From the human T2T-CHM13v2.0 reference genome, Homo sapiens, in assembly GCF_009914755.1 (NCBI RefSeq), contig NC_060925.1: a DNA stretch of 64,000 nt. One strand, 5' to 3'. Shown here in pieces: positions 1-12,979 of this stretch. The position numbers were made by a program, and so were the translations under genes. The notes below the pieces were generated by a model that was given only the letters and a program-made list of their open reading frames with translations, made no database searches and was not told where the DNA came from. Every line of letters starts with the position of its first letter. Position 1 is the stretch's first letter.

Positions 1-1084
1 TTGCCAAAAAAAAAAATGGGGGAAGGAAATAAGAGGCCACAAAAAATGAAAAATTGTAGATGAAATATACATACATGTAAAATCTCATTGGATGAAACAT
101 ACATAAATAGTGGGAAACGTCATTTTAATTACTACCTTGTGAATACAAAAGTATTTGACTCAATACTAATGATCTTGATACTGGCACTGAACCATAACTA
201 ATGTCAAAAAATTGCAAAAATTCAAAGAAGAACATCACCCGTAATATCAATGTGTCCTAACATCAAGGTCATTCTCTAATAATGAGGATTTTATCCACTT
301 ACATAATTTATGTGTAAATGAAGAATATGGATGCTTTATGTTTCTGAAGGAAAGAAACTTCTACCAATTCCAAGTTTCTGATCCCAGGCAATGCTTTTAT
401 TAATATAATTCCAAATGATATCATATTTCTGAAAAAATCTCTTGAGAGTGACTTGAGAGCTGCACCACTCTGTCTAAGAATAGCCAATTACTCTTTTTCA
501 CACTTCCTCCTGAGCTGGATAAAAATTATCCATCTCCAATTTATCAGCAAATACATTATAGTTCTGGAACCAAGAGTAAAAGAAACTTTTCCTTAAATTG
601 GCAGCTCTTGGGGGACTGGTCTTTTCTAAAGGTTAGAAAATTTAGCCCCCATTAACTTTCTGTGGATCTGTTTGAAGATTTTATCTGAAGAAGCCGTCTA
701 CCTGCTGTCCTCTTGTCCTCTTTACCTTGGCTTGCAGGGTTAGTTTTCTATTTTCGATTCAGTGAAAATATACGTCTTTCAAACCAGTGTCAAGATACTC
801 AGATGGGGTCATGGGAAAGTGTTAAGTGGAGTCACCTAGACTGATGCTGTAGAACTTCAGACACGTTTTCAGAAAAGATGGTTTTGAATGTTAGGCAGGC
901 TAGACGTGAATTGAGTGAACAAGCCTCCCTCAACTTCTGCTGTCATTTCATCTGTTTTTTTAAAGATCCACTGCAAAGCTGCCAGAGCTCTCTAACAGCT
1001 AATCAACATTAACAGCAAGCGTGAGGGAGTCAAAAGACCATTTATTAAATTACTAAGATAAAAGAAACGTAAGTTCGATATGCT

Positions 1085-1305
1085 GAGGTGCCTTACTGTA
1101 TGACAGGCACACACGACCTCACTTGTTAATTTCTTACTACAGCCCTGTAATTTTTAAAAAAGTATTTGTCCCTATTATACAGATGGGAAAGCTCAGAAAT
1201 GGTGAAAAACTTACCCAAAGTCACCAAGCTTCTAAGTAAGTGGCAGAGATGGGGTGAAAACTTTGGTTTGTTTGTCGTCAGGATCCCTGCTTTCTTCCAA
1301 TCTAC
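1085..1305 (-). mobile_element. MIR SINE
   Basis: Antisense MIR core: 'tacagatgggaaagctcagaaatggtgaaaaacttacccaaagtcaccaagct...aagtggcagag'. Confidence 0.8.
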
Positions 1306-2648
1306 CTAAGAAGGAATGATATTCCAGCACATGAAGTTCTGTGTTCTCACTGGGAGGTCACATAATAAAGAAATCATTGAACCTCAGAATTAAAAGGCTC
1401 AAACGGGGTCATTATTGTGAAGAACGGAGGAAGTTATATCCTGCAATGAATAATTCTGTGTATTGTGGTTTTCTAATGGGAGGCACATAGGCAGAGCGGA
1501 GGTGAAATATAGGTGTGGGGGACAAAATAAAGATCAGAGTCCAAAAGAAGCAGAAAAAAGTCATACAGTGGAGGACGAGCAACTTAGAATGTACTAAAAA
1601 CAGATAAATGCAGACCCGCTCAGAACTGTATTTTCAGCCCTTGTTCAAATGCAGCTGGTTTCAGGCTGCAGGTAGTAATGGCCAAGTTTTCACCTTCACA
1701 TTTATACCCAGCTCTTCCCCCAGAAGATCGTTCTTTGAGCTGAAAGAAATAGGAGTCAGAAGCTGTGCAGTGGTGCATGCCTGCTCAGCTTATTAAAACA
1801 TGGGAAGAAGGCAATATTTCACCCCCCAGAAATAAAAAAAGATAGACAAGTGAGAGCAGCTAATCCATCGGAAGAAATTAGCAGGCAGAGTATGTAGCTG
1901 TTTGAAATGATGAACGAGGCTGAAATAGCTACACAGGCTAACATCCAGTGGGATAATTACTCCAAGCTCTCAGGCTAAAATCTGTCTTGGAGGAACTGGG
2001 AGGCTTTGATGACTCAATTTCAATGGGCATGCTTATGAAATACATAGTAAAACCTATTAAAATTGAAATAGTTCTTGGTAGGTATTCTGTGACTAGGCTG
2101 CTGACCCTGTCAGGCGGCTTTTAATAAGGTACACACTATTTTTATTCTCAAAAGTGGCATATACTTTAGCTGCCCACATACTCAGTTTTAACCCTATAAT
2201 AACTTGCTCCATGATTTTTCCACATATGTATGCTGAGCGTACTTGTATTCTTAAATAAAATGGTGAGTTTCCGAATGAATGGGGACATTGCTGGCTTTTG
2301 CTATAACAAAAGCTGCTTCCTCTATTATTCTATTAACTGATTTTTCAGCTTCAGATTTGTTGACAAGCTTGATCATAGTTAACATTCATGGAAATATATG
2401 TAAATATTTCCCTTATGCATATTTGCCAATCTAAAAAAAACTTTGTTTTTCCCACTGGTGGTTATTGTGTTATTCCATGACCATAATTAGGCTATTCATG
2501 TGGAATATATCCCACTGTAATCCAAAATAATCCTCACACTTCTAAATGAATTAGAATTGAGTAGATTCCACTATCTACATGCCTAGGCATAATTGTTTTA
2601 AGGAAAGTATAAAAGGTAAGAAAGAAGCTAGAGGATTTCTGGGGCCAT

Positions 2649-2775
2649 ACTACTCAAGTAGCAAATAGATGTCTGGGAGCTTGTAAGAAATGCAGAATCT
2701 CAGGCCCCTCTAATTCTGTTGAATTAGAATTTGCATTTTTACAAGATTCCCTGGGTAATACACATGCACTGTTCT
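2649..2775. mobile_element. MER5A (hAT-Charlie) fragment
   Basis: 'ctgggagcttgtaagaaatgcagaatctcaggcccc...gaatttgcatttttacaagattccctgggtaat' matches recalled MER5A. Confidence 0.8.
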
Positions 2776-2899
2776 CGTGCACAATGGAGTCAAGATTTCT
2801 ATGATCATTTATCTTGCAAACAACTTTGTGCTCAGCCAAACATTTTTCAAAACGTATTTTGAGGGAAATATCTACACAGAGTTAGAGGAAATCCACTCA

Positions 2900-3240
2900 A
2901 ATTACCTATGTTAATAAAACCACCTATTTCTTCAAAAACATAAAAACAGAGTCAAAATCACTATATGATTTGAGGAGATCAAACAGCACAACTAGATGGC
3001 AAAGAAAACATGTAATTCAGAGAACAGAAGAGAAAGTATACAAATTTCCAACTGTATCTCAAGATATCTGCAGCAATACCATAATTCACAAAAGGATAAG
3101 CCTCTTTGAGAAGAGACCCATGAAGATAAAGAATGAGCTCTTGTGATTTAAAAATGGGATTACTAAAATCAAAATACAGTAAAAATTTGAAAGTTAAGAG
3201 TAAAAACAATACCAGAAGGTAGGACATTAAAGACAAGAGC
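2900..3240 (+). mobile_element. Ancient L1 (ORF1-like) fragment
   Basis: A-rich, degenerate L1M ORF1-like sequence; weak match. Confidence 0.45.
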
Positions 3241-3249
3241 TGGAAAAAT

Positions 3250-3360
3250 TCATTCATTCACTCATTCCTTGACCAAATATTTATTGTGTTCTGCTGTTTT
3301 GAGTCAGACAAGGGCTAGGAATGTTGCAGTGAAAAAAAGTCTCTGTGCTCTTAGAGATGT
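3250..3360 (-). mobile_element. L2 3' end
   Basis: 'cattcattcactcattccttgaccaaatatttattg' is the antisense L2 terminus. Confidence 0.7.
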
Positions 3361-3384
3361 GCACCCAACTTTACTCAGTTCTTA

Positions 3385-3688
3385 TTTGTTCTTTTCAGTT
3401 TTTTGTTTGAGACGGCGTCTCGCTCTGTGGCCCTGGCTGGAGTGCAGTGGCATGATCTCAGCTCACTGCAACCTCTGCCTCGCAGGCTCAAGAGATCCTC
3501 CTACCACAGCCCCAAGTAGCTGGGACTATAGGCATGTGCCACCACGCCAGGCTAATTTTTATATTTTTTGTAGAGATGGCATTTCGTTGTGTCACCCAGG
3601 CTGGCCTCTAACTCCTGGGCTCAAGCCAACTGCCCATCTCGGCCTCCATACGTGCTGTGATTACAGGCATGAGCCACCACACCTGGCC
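3385..3688 (-). mobile_element. AluJ
   Basis: Full antisense dimer with J-type 'ggctcaag..gatcctcc'; explains ORF 3269..3925. Confidence 0.95.
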
Positions 3689-4230
3689 CAGATTCAGTCC
3701 TTTTTAGAAGAATATTTACTCTTGTTTTATAAAGCCTATAGTAATAGAGCCTCTTCAGGTATCCTTATTAGCCCATCCTTTTTTGAGCTTCTTCCATGCT
3801 ATACATCCCATACCAACACTCATAACCCTTGCCTCAATTTACCTCCAAGTCACTCTCCCTCATTCTACAGGCTGATTCATCCACCACTATCTCTAAATGC
3901 CAGTGACCTTCACCTTGACTCTTAAGCTACACATTATTATAGCCACATCTTGGAATTTTTTGGCTTTTTTTTTTTATCTATCGGATCCATAATCCTGGAA
4001 ACCTTAAATTCTCTGACCATAACCACTTGGCCTTCCAGCTGTCTCTGCACTCTACTGCATGGAGGCCTCCAATGCCATGAATTCTTCTTGGTCTCTTCCT
4101 TTTAAATCCAATCTGGACCCTATGGTTGATTACAGGAACTACTATGAACTTACACTCTCACTAGCCTCTCAATTTCCTTTCCCTCCTGCACCAAGCCTCC
4201 CAAATCCAAGCTCTGGATCTAGGTAACCAC

Positions 4231-4398
4231 ACAATGTTAGCAGAAAGTCAAGCAATAATGCAATTCTGGCAAGTGTATAATTTCAGATCTCTGCTGTAAC
4301 TGTTACATGGTTTGACAATGTTAGAGGAAAATTAAGAAATCACACAATTCTAGCAAGTGTGTAATTTCAGATCTCTGCTGGGACTGTGATATGGTTTG
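4231..4398 (+). repeat. 84-bp tandem duplication (2 copies, 70/84 identical)
   Basis: 4231-4314 and 4315-4398 align without gaps, 14 mismatches. Confidence 0.9.
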
Positions 4399-4727
4399 GC
4401 TGTGTTCCCACCCAAATCTCACCTTGAATTGTAATAATCCCCACCTGTCATGGGCAGGGCCGGGGGCGATAACTGATGGTCTCCCCCATACTGTTCTTGT
4501 CGTAGTGAATAAGTCTCACGAGATCTGATGGTTTTATGAATGGGAGTTCCCGTGCACAAGTTCACTTGCCTGCTGCTGTGTAAGACGTGACTTTGCTCCT
4601 CCTTGCCTTCCACCATGATTGTGGGGTCTCCCCAGCTACAATCTGTGAGTCCATTAAACCTATTTCCTTTATAAATTACCTAGTCTTGGGTATGTCTTTA
4701 TTAGCAGCATGAGTACGGACTAATACA
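4387..4727 (+). mobile_element. THE1 (B/C-like) solo LTR, ERVL-MaLR
   Basis: Termini 'tgatatggtttggctgtg' and 'gactaataca'; perfect 5-bp TSD GACTG (4382-4386, 4728-4732). Confidence 0.95.
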
Positions 4728-4732
4728 GACTG

Positions 4733-5930
4733 CAACACCACTTTTATTCAAACCTTTTCTTGTCTTCGATCAATCTACTCTCTCATTTCCCTCAACATAT
4801 TTCCAAACCATGGCACCATTCTTCAATGCTCTTTTCATCCCCTGCCCCTGCCCAATCCTCAAGAGATCATTATACCTCCTACTTCATACATAAAATTAAG
4901 GCATTCTATTCTCACTGATTCCTATCTTTTTTCTTTCCATTTTAGAGAAAAGAAAGTCTCCTTTTCTTCAAGCCTTGTCAATATCCTTAACCCCTTCTCC
5001 TCCTGCCAACTCCATGACATTGTTCTTTTATTATCTCGTTTCTTTCTCTCTCTTGCATCATCAGTGTCTCCCCTCTTCCTGCCTTCTAGCTCCCTCTTCC
5101 AGACAAAAAAAGAAAAAACTGACCTTCTCCTCATGGCTGTCTATCTTCAGTCTAATTCTCCCTTTGAATCAAAATTTCTCTAAAGTGTAGTATTCATTTC
5201 ATATTGTCAACGTGCAGCTCAACCTCTGCGTGTCTGACTTGCGTCACCTGATTGCACTTTCTAAAATTCCACCTTCTTACTGCCAAATTGGCATTTTATT
5301 GTATTTCTCTATGGCATTTGATACCTATGTCTGTTGTAGTAGCACTCAAACTCTCCATTCTGCTGGCTGTCCTCCCTTCTCTGGCCATGTCTTCCTTCTT
5401 GCTCATGAACTCCTCTTTCTTCTCCTACCTTTAAATGTTGGCATTTATATAATATATTTATCTCAAGGTTTAACTGGCTTGTTATATTGTTCCTGAGTGA
5501 CCAGATTTACCCCCTTCTCTTGGTTTTGGCAACTATTTGTATGCAAGTAACTAACACATTCACACCTTTAGACCAGACCTATGCTGGGGATCAGGTTCAT
5601 TTATTCAAACCGCCTGCTGGATATGTCAATCTAGATATTACTCAAGCACTCAAAACTCAATGCCCAATAGAAACCCATCTTTCCCCCAAACTTCTTCTGT
5701 ATTTCCAATCTTCCTTCACGGTACCACCATCCACAAAGACCCCCAAAGATAGAAGTTATTCTTGATTCCTCCTCAAACAATCAATTATCAAGGCCTTAAA
5801 TATTTCTGAACTCTAATTTTTACTTGCTCTTCCTACAGGTTTAAGTCATCATTTTCTCTCATGAAGATTTTTACAAAAACCTCTTGCTTCTATTCTTGAC
5901 TTCTCAAACTCAACTTTCACAAGTCCAGCA
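4733..5930 (+). mobile_element. L2 internal fragments (also about 3900-4230)
   Basis: Pyrimidine-rich degenerate L2, e.g. 'atggcatttgatac' and 'caagcactcaaaactcaatgccc'. Confidence 0.65.
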
Positions 5931-6182
5931 GGGTCCAATATTCATTAAGTAATTTATTTTCCAAATAGTTATTGACCACAAATATTTATATTTACAGTAT
6001 GGGGGAAAGATTATTAGTGACTAGGTAAGGATGGTAGCAATATACAATTTAATACTATATGAAATTCTATAGTAGAATTCTAATTTAATACTATATTAAA
6101 TTCTAGCATTGTTGGCCACTTGTTTTTGAACACCTGTGACATAAGAGTAAATTTTACATTTTTATGTGGTTGAAAAAAATGT

Positions 6183-6444
6183 CACCAGGTGTGATGGCTC
6201 ACACTTGTAATCCCAGGACGTTGGGAGGCTTAGGTGGGAGGATTGCTTGAGCTCAAGAGTTCAAGACCAGCCTGGGCAACACAGTAAGAACCTGACTCTA
6301 CAAAATAATAATAATAATAATAGACAGGCATGGTGGTGCGTGCCTGTAAGCTGAGGTAAGAGGATGGCTTGAGCCCAGGAGGTCGAGGCTGCTGTGAGCT
6401 GTGATCACACCACTGCACTCCAACCTGGGTGATGGACTGAGACC
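6183..6444 (+). mobile_element. AluJ with a small right-arm deletion
   Basis: Alu dimer lacking the 'tcccagctactcgggag' segment. Confidence 0.9.
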
Positions 6445-6595
6445 AAGAAGAAAGAAAAAGAGAGAGAGAGAGAGAGAAAGGAGAGAGAGAGAAAGAGAAA
6501 GGGAAAAGAAAGGAAAGGAAGAAGGAAGGAAGGAAAGAGAGAAGAAAGAAAGAAAAAGAAAGAAAAAAAGAAAGAAAAGAAAGAGAAAGAAAGAA
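6445..6595 (+). repeat. 151-nt pure purine (GA/GGAA/GAAA) compound microsatellite
   Basis: Only A and G throughout; derived from the Alu tail. Confidence 0.95.
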
Positions 6596-6969
6596 CTTAG
6601 TGACACATAAAAATTCAAATTCAATGTCCAAAATAAAGTTTTATTGGAATCCAGCCATGCTCATTCATTTATGTGTTGTCTATGGCTGATTTATGCTATA
6701 ACAGCAGAGTTGAATAGCTATGATACAGACTGTCTGGCCAGACCATCTGGAAATTCAGACATCTGAAAGTATTTACTATCTCCCCTGCTATAGAAAAAAA
6801 ATGGTATCTGCTTATGGCATTTCTAAAATTTAATCATATAATCCCCTCAAAGAAGAGAAAAATGGTTTCAAGGTTTTTATAGTTTATAGACTCTAAAATG
6901 CTTATTTTAATTTATATATCTTCAAATAATACTTAGTTTAGTAGACTTTAAATATAAAAGTTACCTTTG

Positions 6970-7200
6970 TAGTTAGTTCAATACATGTTTGTTGAGTACC
7001 TATGTGTGGCAAGTACTTTTCTAGGCACTGAACATACAAAGATAATAAATACAGGCCAGTGAGTTAGAAAAATAAATTCCATAAAATTAACCAAGGTTAT
7101 GGAAAAGTTTACAAAAGATTATGGTTTATGAAAGACAGAAGTGGGTTCTTAGTCAAGCAGGAATGTTCAGGAAAGTCTTTCTGATGGAAGGGACCGCTTA
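6970..7200 (-). mobile_element. L2 3' fragment
   Basis: 'ttcaatacatgtttgttgagtacctatgtgtggcaagtacttttctaggcactg'. Confidence 0.7.
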
Positions 7201-8591
7201 ACTAGAACTGGAAACAGCATATTCTCCCTCAACCCAGCTTCTCTAATAAAAGTAATTCATTTGTTATATTCATTTATTCTTGTGCTCAAAGAAGTGATAA
7301 GAATTATTCATCTCTTTTTTAAAATGGCAATATTTTAAATTTTCCATAAATATGTTAAAACTAGACAAATCAGAAAGCTTTCATTACTACACAACTGTTT
7401 GAAGACTAGTATTTTCACCAGGTTAATGGCCATTGCCATTTGAGCCTACAATCATAATGGATACGGAAAATAACATAAATCTGATGGATGGTGCATAATG
7501 CAAATATTTTATACTTGTTCGCTGGGTATGTGTGTCCGATAATTGTACATTTAATACTTTTGGATCTCAATTAATTCAGGATGATTGGATATTAGTGAAA
7601 ATAAAAAAATACAAACACCATAAAAATGTTACCTGAAAGGGTATTTCATTACCTCTAGAATGTAGGAGACATTCCTCTCATTAGCATCTTCTACTAAATT
7701 AGGGATTTATGCTGTTGGATTATTTGTGGCTTAGTCAAAGCTCATAAAATAGACAGTAGCCAATAATGGAGAGGAAGGATTTATTACCAAAGAGCCAAGT
7801 CTCTTGTCCTTTTTTTTATGTCATGTTGTCAGAAATTACTTAGACACATCTTTTCATATTTCCTTCAGGAAAAAAGAGAGAACAGATATTTTTTTAAAGT
7901 CACTGACTTTTTTAAAAGAGTAGATTTAAATGTAAAGACCCTCAAGCTTTTATACTGGCCACTAAAATTTCATTTGCACGGATCCAAGTACCAGCTGGAG
8001 AGACACTTAGGTAACATGATTTTTAAAATTATTTATCATTTCTTCCTCGGGTTATACTTGCCAAGTCCACCACGTAGATGAACTTAAGAGAAGCTGAGTT
8101 CTTGACTGGAATGCATGTTATCAGACAAGATCAGAACTGGGAGATAGTCGTAATAAATCATCCAAAATACTGTGCTATTATCCACCTACCACAGTGGACA
8201 GTAGCTGCACATGAGTCTGAGCATACTGAGTGTTTCCATATGTGTCATTGACTTTCTCAGGCCCCATCAGTTTCCAGCACTGAAGCTTTGCCTAGGCAAT
8301 ATGGATATGTTGGACAAATGGACAGTGACTTGCCTAGAAATCAACAGAACTTGAAGGTGGGATAGATATGAAGGTTGCAGAGGAACGAGTGATTGAGAAT
8401 GACTGTGAAAGCCATTCTAATTTACCAAACATTTGTTTTATGATTTCTTGATACTATAGTTTCAGAGGCTTTGTCTAAAGCCAAGATATTTAATGGATCT
8501 ATAAGTTACACAGTTTTTTTTACTAGGACTTTATATGTATGTGTATATTTTTTCTTTATATATTTTAATTAAAAATAATTTTAAAGGCTTC

Positions 8592-8912
8592 TTTTTTGTT
8601 TTGTTTTGTTTTTTTTTTTGTTTTTTTTTTTGGAGACAGGGTCTCACTTTGTCACCCAGGCTGGAGTACAGTGGCACAATCATGTTTCACCATAGCCTTG
8701 ACTTCACAGGCTTAGGCGATCCTCCCACCTCAACCTCCTGAGTAGCTAAGACTACAGGCGCCCACCACCATGCCTGGCTAATTTTGTATTTTTTGTAGAG
8801 ACAGGGTTTTTCCACGTTGCCCAGGCTGGTCTCAAACTCCTGGACTCAGCGATCTGCCCACCTTGGCCTCCCAAAGTGCTAGGATTACAAGTGTGAGCCA
8901 CCACACCCAGCT
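8592..8912 (-). mobile_element. AluJ
   Basis: Antisense dimer with a (TTTTG)n tail. Confidence 0.95.
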
Positions 8913-9035
8913 GGACTTACTATATTTTTAACAGACTAGTTTATTTAAATTTTATTACAAATGATGCTCTTACTTGAAACCTAATGCAGAATATAATGTG
9001 TAAAAGTATTATATCTTCATTCAAAAACACATTTA

Positions 9036-9203
9036 TTTTTATTTTTTTAGAGACAGGGTCTCACTGTGTTGGCTTGGCTGGAGTGCAATGGCTACTCTCA
9101 GGCACCATCATGGTGCACTGCAGCCCCAAACTCCTGGCCTCAAGCATCCTCTCACCTCAGCCTCCTGGATAGCTGGGATTACAGGCCTGCCCCACCATGT
9201 CTA
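9036..9203 (-). mobile_element. FAM fossil Alu monomer
   Basis: Monomer retaining the 7SL-like 'ggctactctcaggcaccatc' segment (recalled consensus ggctattcacaggcgcgatc). Confidence 0.8.
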
Positions 9204-10761
9204 GTAAAAAAACATTTTAAAAACACATTCATGCCTTAGAAATAATATTAGTTACCATATGCCTTGGAAATAATATAATATAAAGCACATATGTCCTTTA
9301 GTAAAGAATAGCATAGAATGCCATAAAGTTTATAACATATTTTAAATTAAATAATTAAATTAAATTAAATTACCTTAATTTTAATTATCTAACTCAACCT
9401 TAATTTATTTAATAATTAAAATGTTTTAAATTAAAGTACATAGAAAATTTGGCCCTAATTCATGTGATTTAAGTTGCAAACTTGAGTTTTAATTTTAAAA
9501 CTTCTAAGATCTTGGAAATAGCCAGTGGAAGTATCATTCCTTGAAGCAAAAATATTTATTCAGTGCCTATTATACATAAATTAGTGTGATAGGTAATTGA
9601 ATACACATGAGTTTCTCAAGTTGCATATTATCTTGTGAATGAACAACTGTTCAAATGAGATGTATTGGACTGAATATAACAATGAGATAGGCTTTTTCTC
9701 TGTCAGATTAGCAAAACTTATTTACTTATTTATTTAATTGTGTATTGTCTTAAAAATGAATGTCTTATACAATACATTATCAAATATATTTACACTGTAA
9801 AAAAATCTGTTCACTTCATATAAGAATATGCTATGTTAATATCCTAATATATGATGTTATGATTTTGAAGGCTTAAAAAATACCCTTCTCATAAAACTAA
9901 TTCAGAATAATACTAAAACAAACCATAATGAACTAATAAAACTTTGCCTTTCTAAATAAAACTGGTACTGTCAGCTGATTTCATCCCCAAGCATCGTTTT
10001 ATGCTTTAATGACGGAATCCATTTCTGATGGCTCTGATAGCAGAAATCCTTTCTGACACCTTCAAGTTTTCTCTCTACTCCTTTAGCCTGCCTTGCATTG
10101 TTTCATAGCATCTTTGGCATTCAAAATCTTTCCTTCCTTTACCTTTTTTCACATAATGAAAATGTACTCAGTCCTTTGGAACCTGCCAGCAGAAAGGAAA
10201 TAGCATTTCTCCTTGTGTGTGTACAGATGAAAGACTGCATGGCTTAGTCACTTGTGTACACAATCCCAAATCTTAAAATGCTAGGACTTAAGATATTCAG
10301 AGATGTCTTCACACTTATGTTTTTAGTCAAAGCCTATAAGAATAAACATTACAGTAATCTCTCCTTACACGTGGTTTTGCTTACTCATGGTCTGCATCAG
10401 TCCAAAAATATTAAATGAAGAATTCCAGAAATAAACAATTCATAAGTTTTAAATCGGGCACTGTTCTGAAGAGCATGATGAAATTTCATGCCATCCCACT
10501 CTGTCTTGTCCAGGACATGAATCAACCACATTGATATCAAAGCTACCCACCAGTTAGTCACTTGGTCGCCTCCTCAGTAATCAGATGGACTGTTGCAGTA
10601 TTGCAGTGCTTTTGTTCAAGGGACCCTTATTTTACTTAATAATAGCCCCAAAGCACAAAAGTAGTGCTGCTGGCATATCGTTATATTTTATTATTAGCTA
10701 TCATTGTTATTCTTCTACTGTGCCTATTTATAAATGAAACTTTATTATAGATATGTATGTA

Positions 10762-11390
10762 TAGTGGTACATCACTTAACAACAGAATATGTTCTAAGGA
10801 ATGTGCCGTTAGACGAATTTGTTGTGTGAACATCGCAGAATGTATTAAACAAACCTAGATAGTACAGCCTACTACACACTTCTGTGGAAGGATATGGCCT
10901 ATTGCTCCTAGGCTTATGTATAGCATGTTACTGCACTGAATAATGTAGGCAATTGTAACACAATGGTACGTTTCTAAACATTTTTAAAAGGTGCAGGCCA
11001 GGTGCGATGACTCAAGTCTGTAATTCCAGCACTTTGGGAGCCGAGGCAGGAGGATCACTTGAGGTTAGGAGTTTGAGACTAGCCTGGACAACATGCAAAA
11101 ACACCATCTCTACAAAAAATACAAAAATTAGCTGAGTGTGGTGGTGTGTGCCTGTAGTCCCAGCTACCCGGGAGGCTGAGGCAGGAGAGTAGCCTGAACC
11201 CAGGAAGTGGAGGTTGCAGTGAACCACACTCCAGCCTGGGTGACAGAGTGAGACCCTGTCTCAAAAAAGAAAAAAGGGGCGGTGCAGTAAAAATACCATA
11301 TAGAAGCTCCATTATAATCTTATGGGACCACTGTCATATATGTGGTCGGCTGTTGAGACCAGAACATTGTCATTATGCAGCAAATAATTG
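10762..11390 (+). mobile_element. Tigger3a nested in MER44
   Basis: 'acaaacctagatagtacagcctactacacac...tattgctcctaggct...ttataatcttatgggaccac'; TA flanks. Confidence 0.85.
10996..11275 (+). mobile_element. Alu (S/J) nested in Tigger3a
   Basis: Alu dimer; 'ggtgca' target repeated on both sides. Confidence 0.95.
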
Positions 11391-12289
11391 TAGGTAAAAA
11401 TATGGCAGGTATATTTAGGGTTTGGTATTATTTGTGGTTTCAGGTATCCACTGGAAGTCTTGAAACATATTCCCCTTGGATGAGAAGGGACTACTGTACT
11501 TGTATTTCCTTAATGTTCAGTCATAATATGGCTAAATAAAATATCAAAATAAAAAACAGTTTTCCTATGAGAGCCATGTCAGAAAGTCTAATTTATTTTT
11601 CTAACAAATATATAGTTTGAATATATCAATAATATAGAAATATGGTCTTTTTAAAATCTTAGCTAATAAAATGTTATATTTTCAGTTCAAATAAGTTTTC
11701 CCCTTTACTTATCAATTTTCTTTTTCAGGCTGCTTTTGGAACAATTCCTGCCATTGACCTGTTTCAAAACAAATTGTTTCCTAGGTCAGTATTATTTCTT
11801 TGTACAAATAAGTAAGTGCTATTAAATGAATCTTGTGTTCAGACATCAAAGCAATCAAACTTGCTGAGTATTGCAGCTGCTCACTCTCCATAGCTAACCC
11901 CATAATAGTAGGTGTTAATGTATACCATTTAATGGACTTTTATTTTTCCTATAATTTAGGGAGCAAAACACAGCAGATAAAAAATGATAGAATTTTTTAT
12001 AAAACATTATTTAATAAGTGTGAAACATTGAACTATAAAAAAGAGTGGAACTACATTTTCTACTGGATATGTTAACTATAAGTTGTTTCATTTCAATATC
12101 TTAATATACATTTATGAAGTTTTTGTGGAGTAAAATATTTGTTTTTACTTGTTAAACCCATGTACATTGGAGGAATTTAACTACATTTTTAGCAATAACC
12201 CACAAAACATTACAAACATAATTTAAATTCTTTCTTAAGAAGTCATAAGTGCAAAATCCAGTTGATAGGTATTTTCCACTATGAGACTA

Positions 12290-12970
12290 TTAGAAATCAT
12301 AAGGTAATTCAGAAAGGTGGCTAGTTGCAAAATAAACATCAAAAGTCAGTAACATTTTTATAAAAGAGCACTAATCAGAAAAATAATGGAAACATTATTA
12401 TTCCATATTATCCCATTCATGTTAACAACAGATACCTTTAACAGAGTAAGAAATGAATACTATAAGCAAAGATAGAGGCTTTTGTGAAGAAAATCAGAAA
12501 ATCTTCCTATGGTATATGAAAGGGATTTGAAAGAGGACTTGAAACAATTGACTTATTTCTGGCTGGTAAGAGCTAATAGTCAATTTCTCTCTAATTAATT
12601 TGTTGGTTAATACAATTCCTATCAAAATTCAATGGAATTTTATTTTGTGTTTACAAAATGATTTTAAGTTCATGATAAAGACTAAATAAGCTAAAAAAAC
12701 CCCTGTGTTTATATATAAGTACACACATACACACACAGAGAGAGAGAAAGAGTGAATGATGAAGGGAGAATTGAATTTTTATGTATTTAAAATTATGTCA
12801 TATAGAACTAAAACAACAAAATATGCAAATTCAGTGATAGAGAAGGAATGACAAATCAATGACTGCACTAAAAAGTCCCCAAATCTACCTACCTTAAGAA
12901 TTTAATATATAATAAAAGGTTTTTTAATCTATGAGGAAACAGCAAACTCTTCATTAAATTGTACTGACAA
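12290..12970 (+). mobile_element. Ancient L1M ORF2 fragment
   Basis: Degenerate ORF2, e.g. 'taatacaattcctatcaaaattcaatggaatttt'. Confidence 0.65.
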
Positions 12971-12979
12971 TTGATGTAG

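Larger units (their letters stand above)
6110..6810 (+). mobile_element. MER58B (hAT-Charlie) interrupted by an Alu
   Basis: 'ttttacatttttatgtggttgaaaaaaa' resumes after the Alu as 'gtgacacat...aataaagttttattggaatccagccatgctcattcattt'. Confidence 0.85.
10352..11496 (+). mobile_element. MER44 (TcMar-Tigger), outer element of a nest
   Basis: Termini 'cagtaatctctcctta' and 'tgagaagggactactg', each flanked by TA. Confidence 0.85.

Noticed and set aside
3269-3925. Longest ORF (218 aa) and similar ORFs (30303..30860, 44498..44971, 22900..23202)
   Set aside because: Antisense Alu translations (LECSG..SAHCNL type), not genes.
6046-6105. Short 24-bp direct repeats (similar ones at 59-105 and about 9230-9280)
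   Set aside because: Two-copy AT-rich slippage duplications, not CRISPR-like or functional arrays.
6230-6631. F/L/S-rich and R/E/K-rich ORFs
   Set aside because: Translations of the purine microsatellite and Alu.
10143-10182. Minus-strand exon-like segment
   Set aside because: Weak donor (gtaaag), stops in two frames, no coding similarity.
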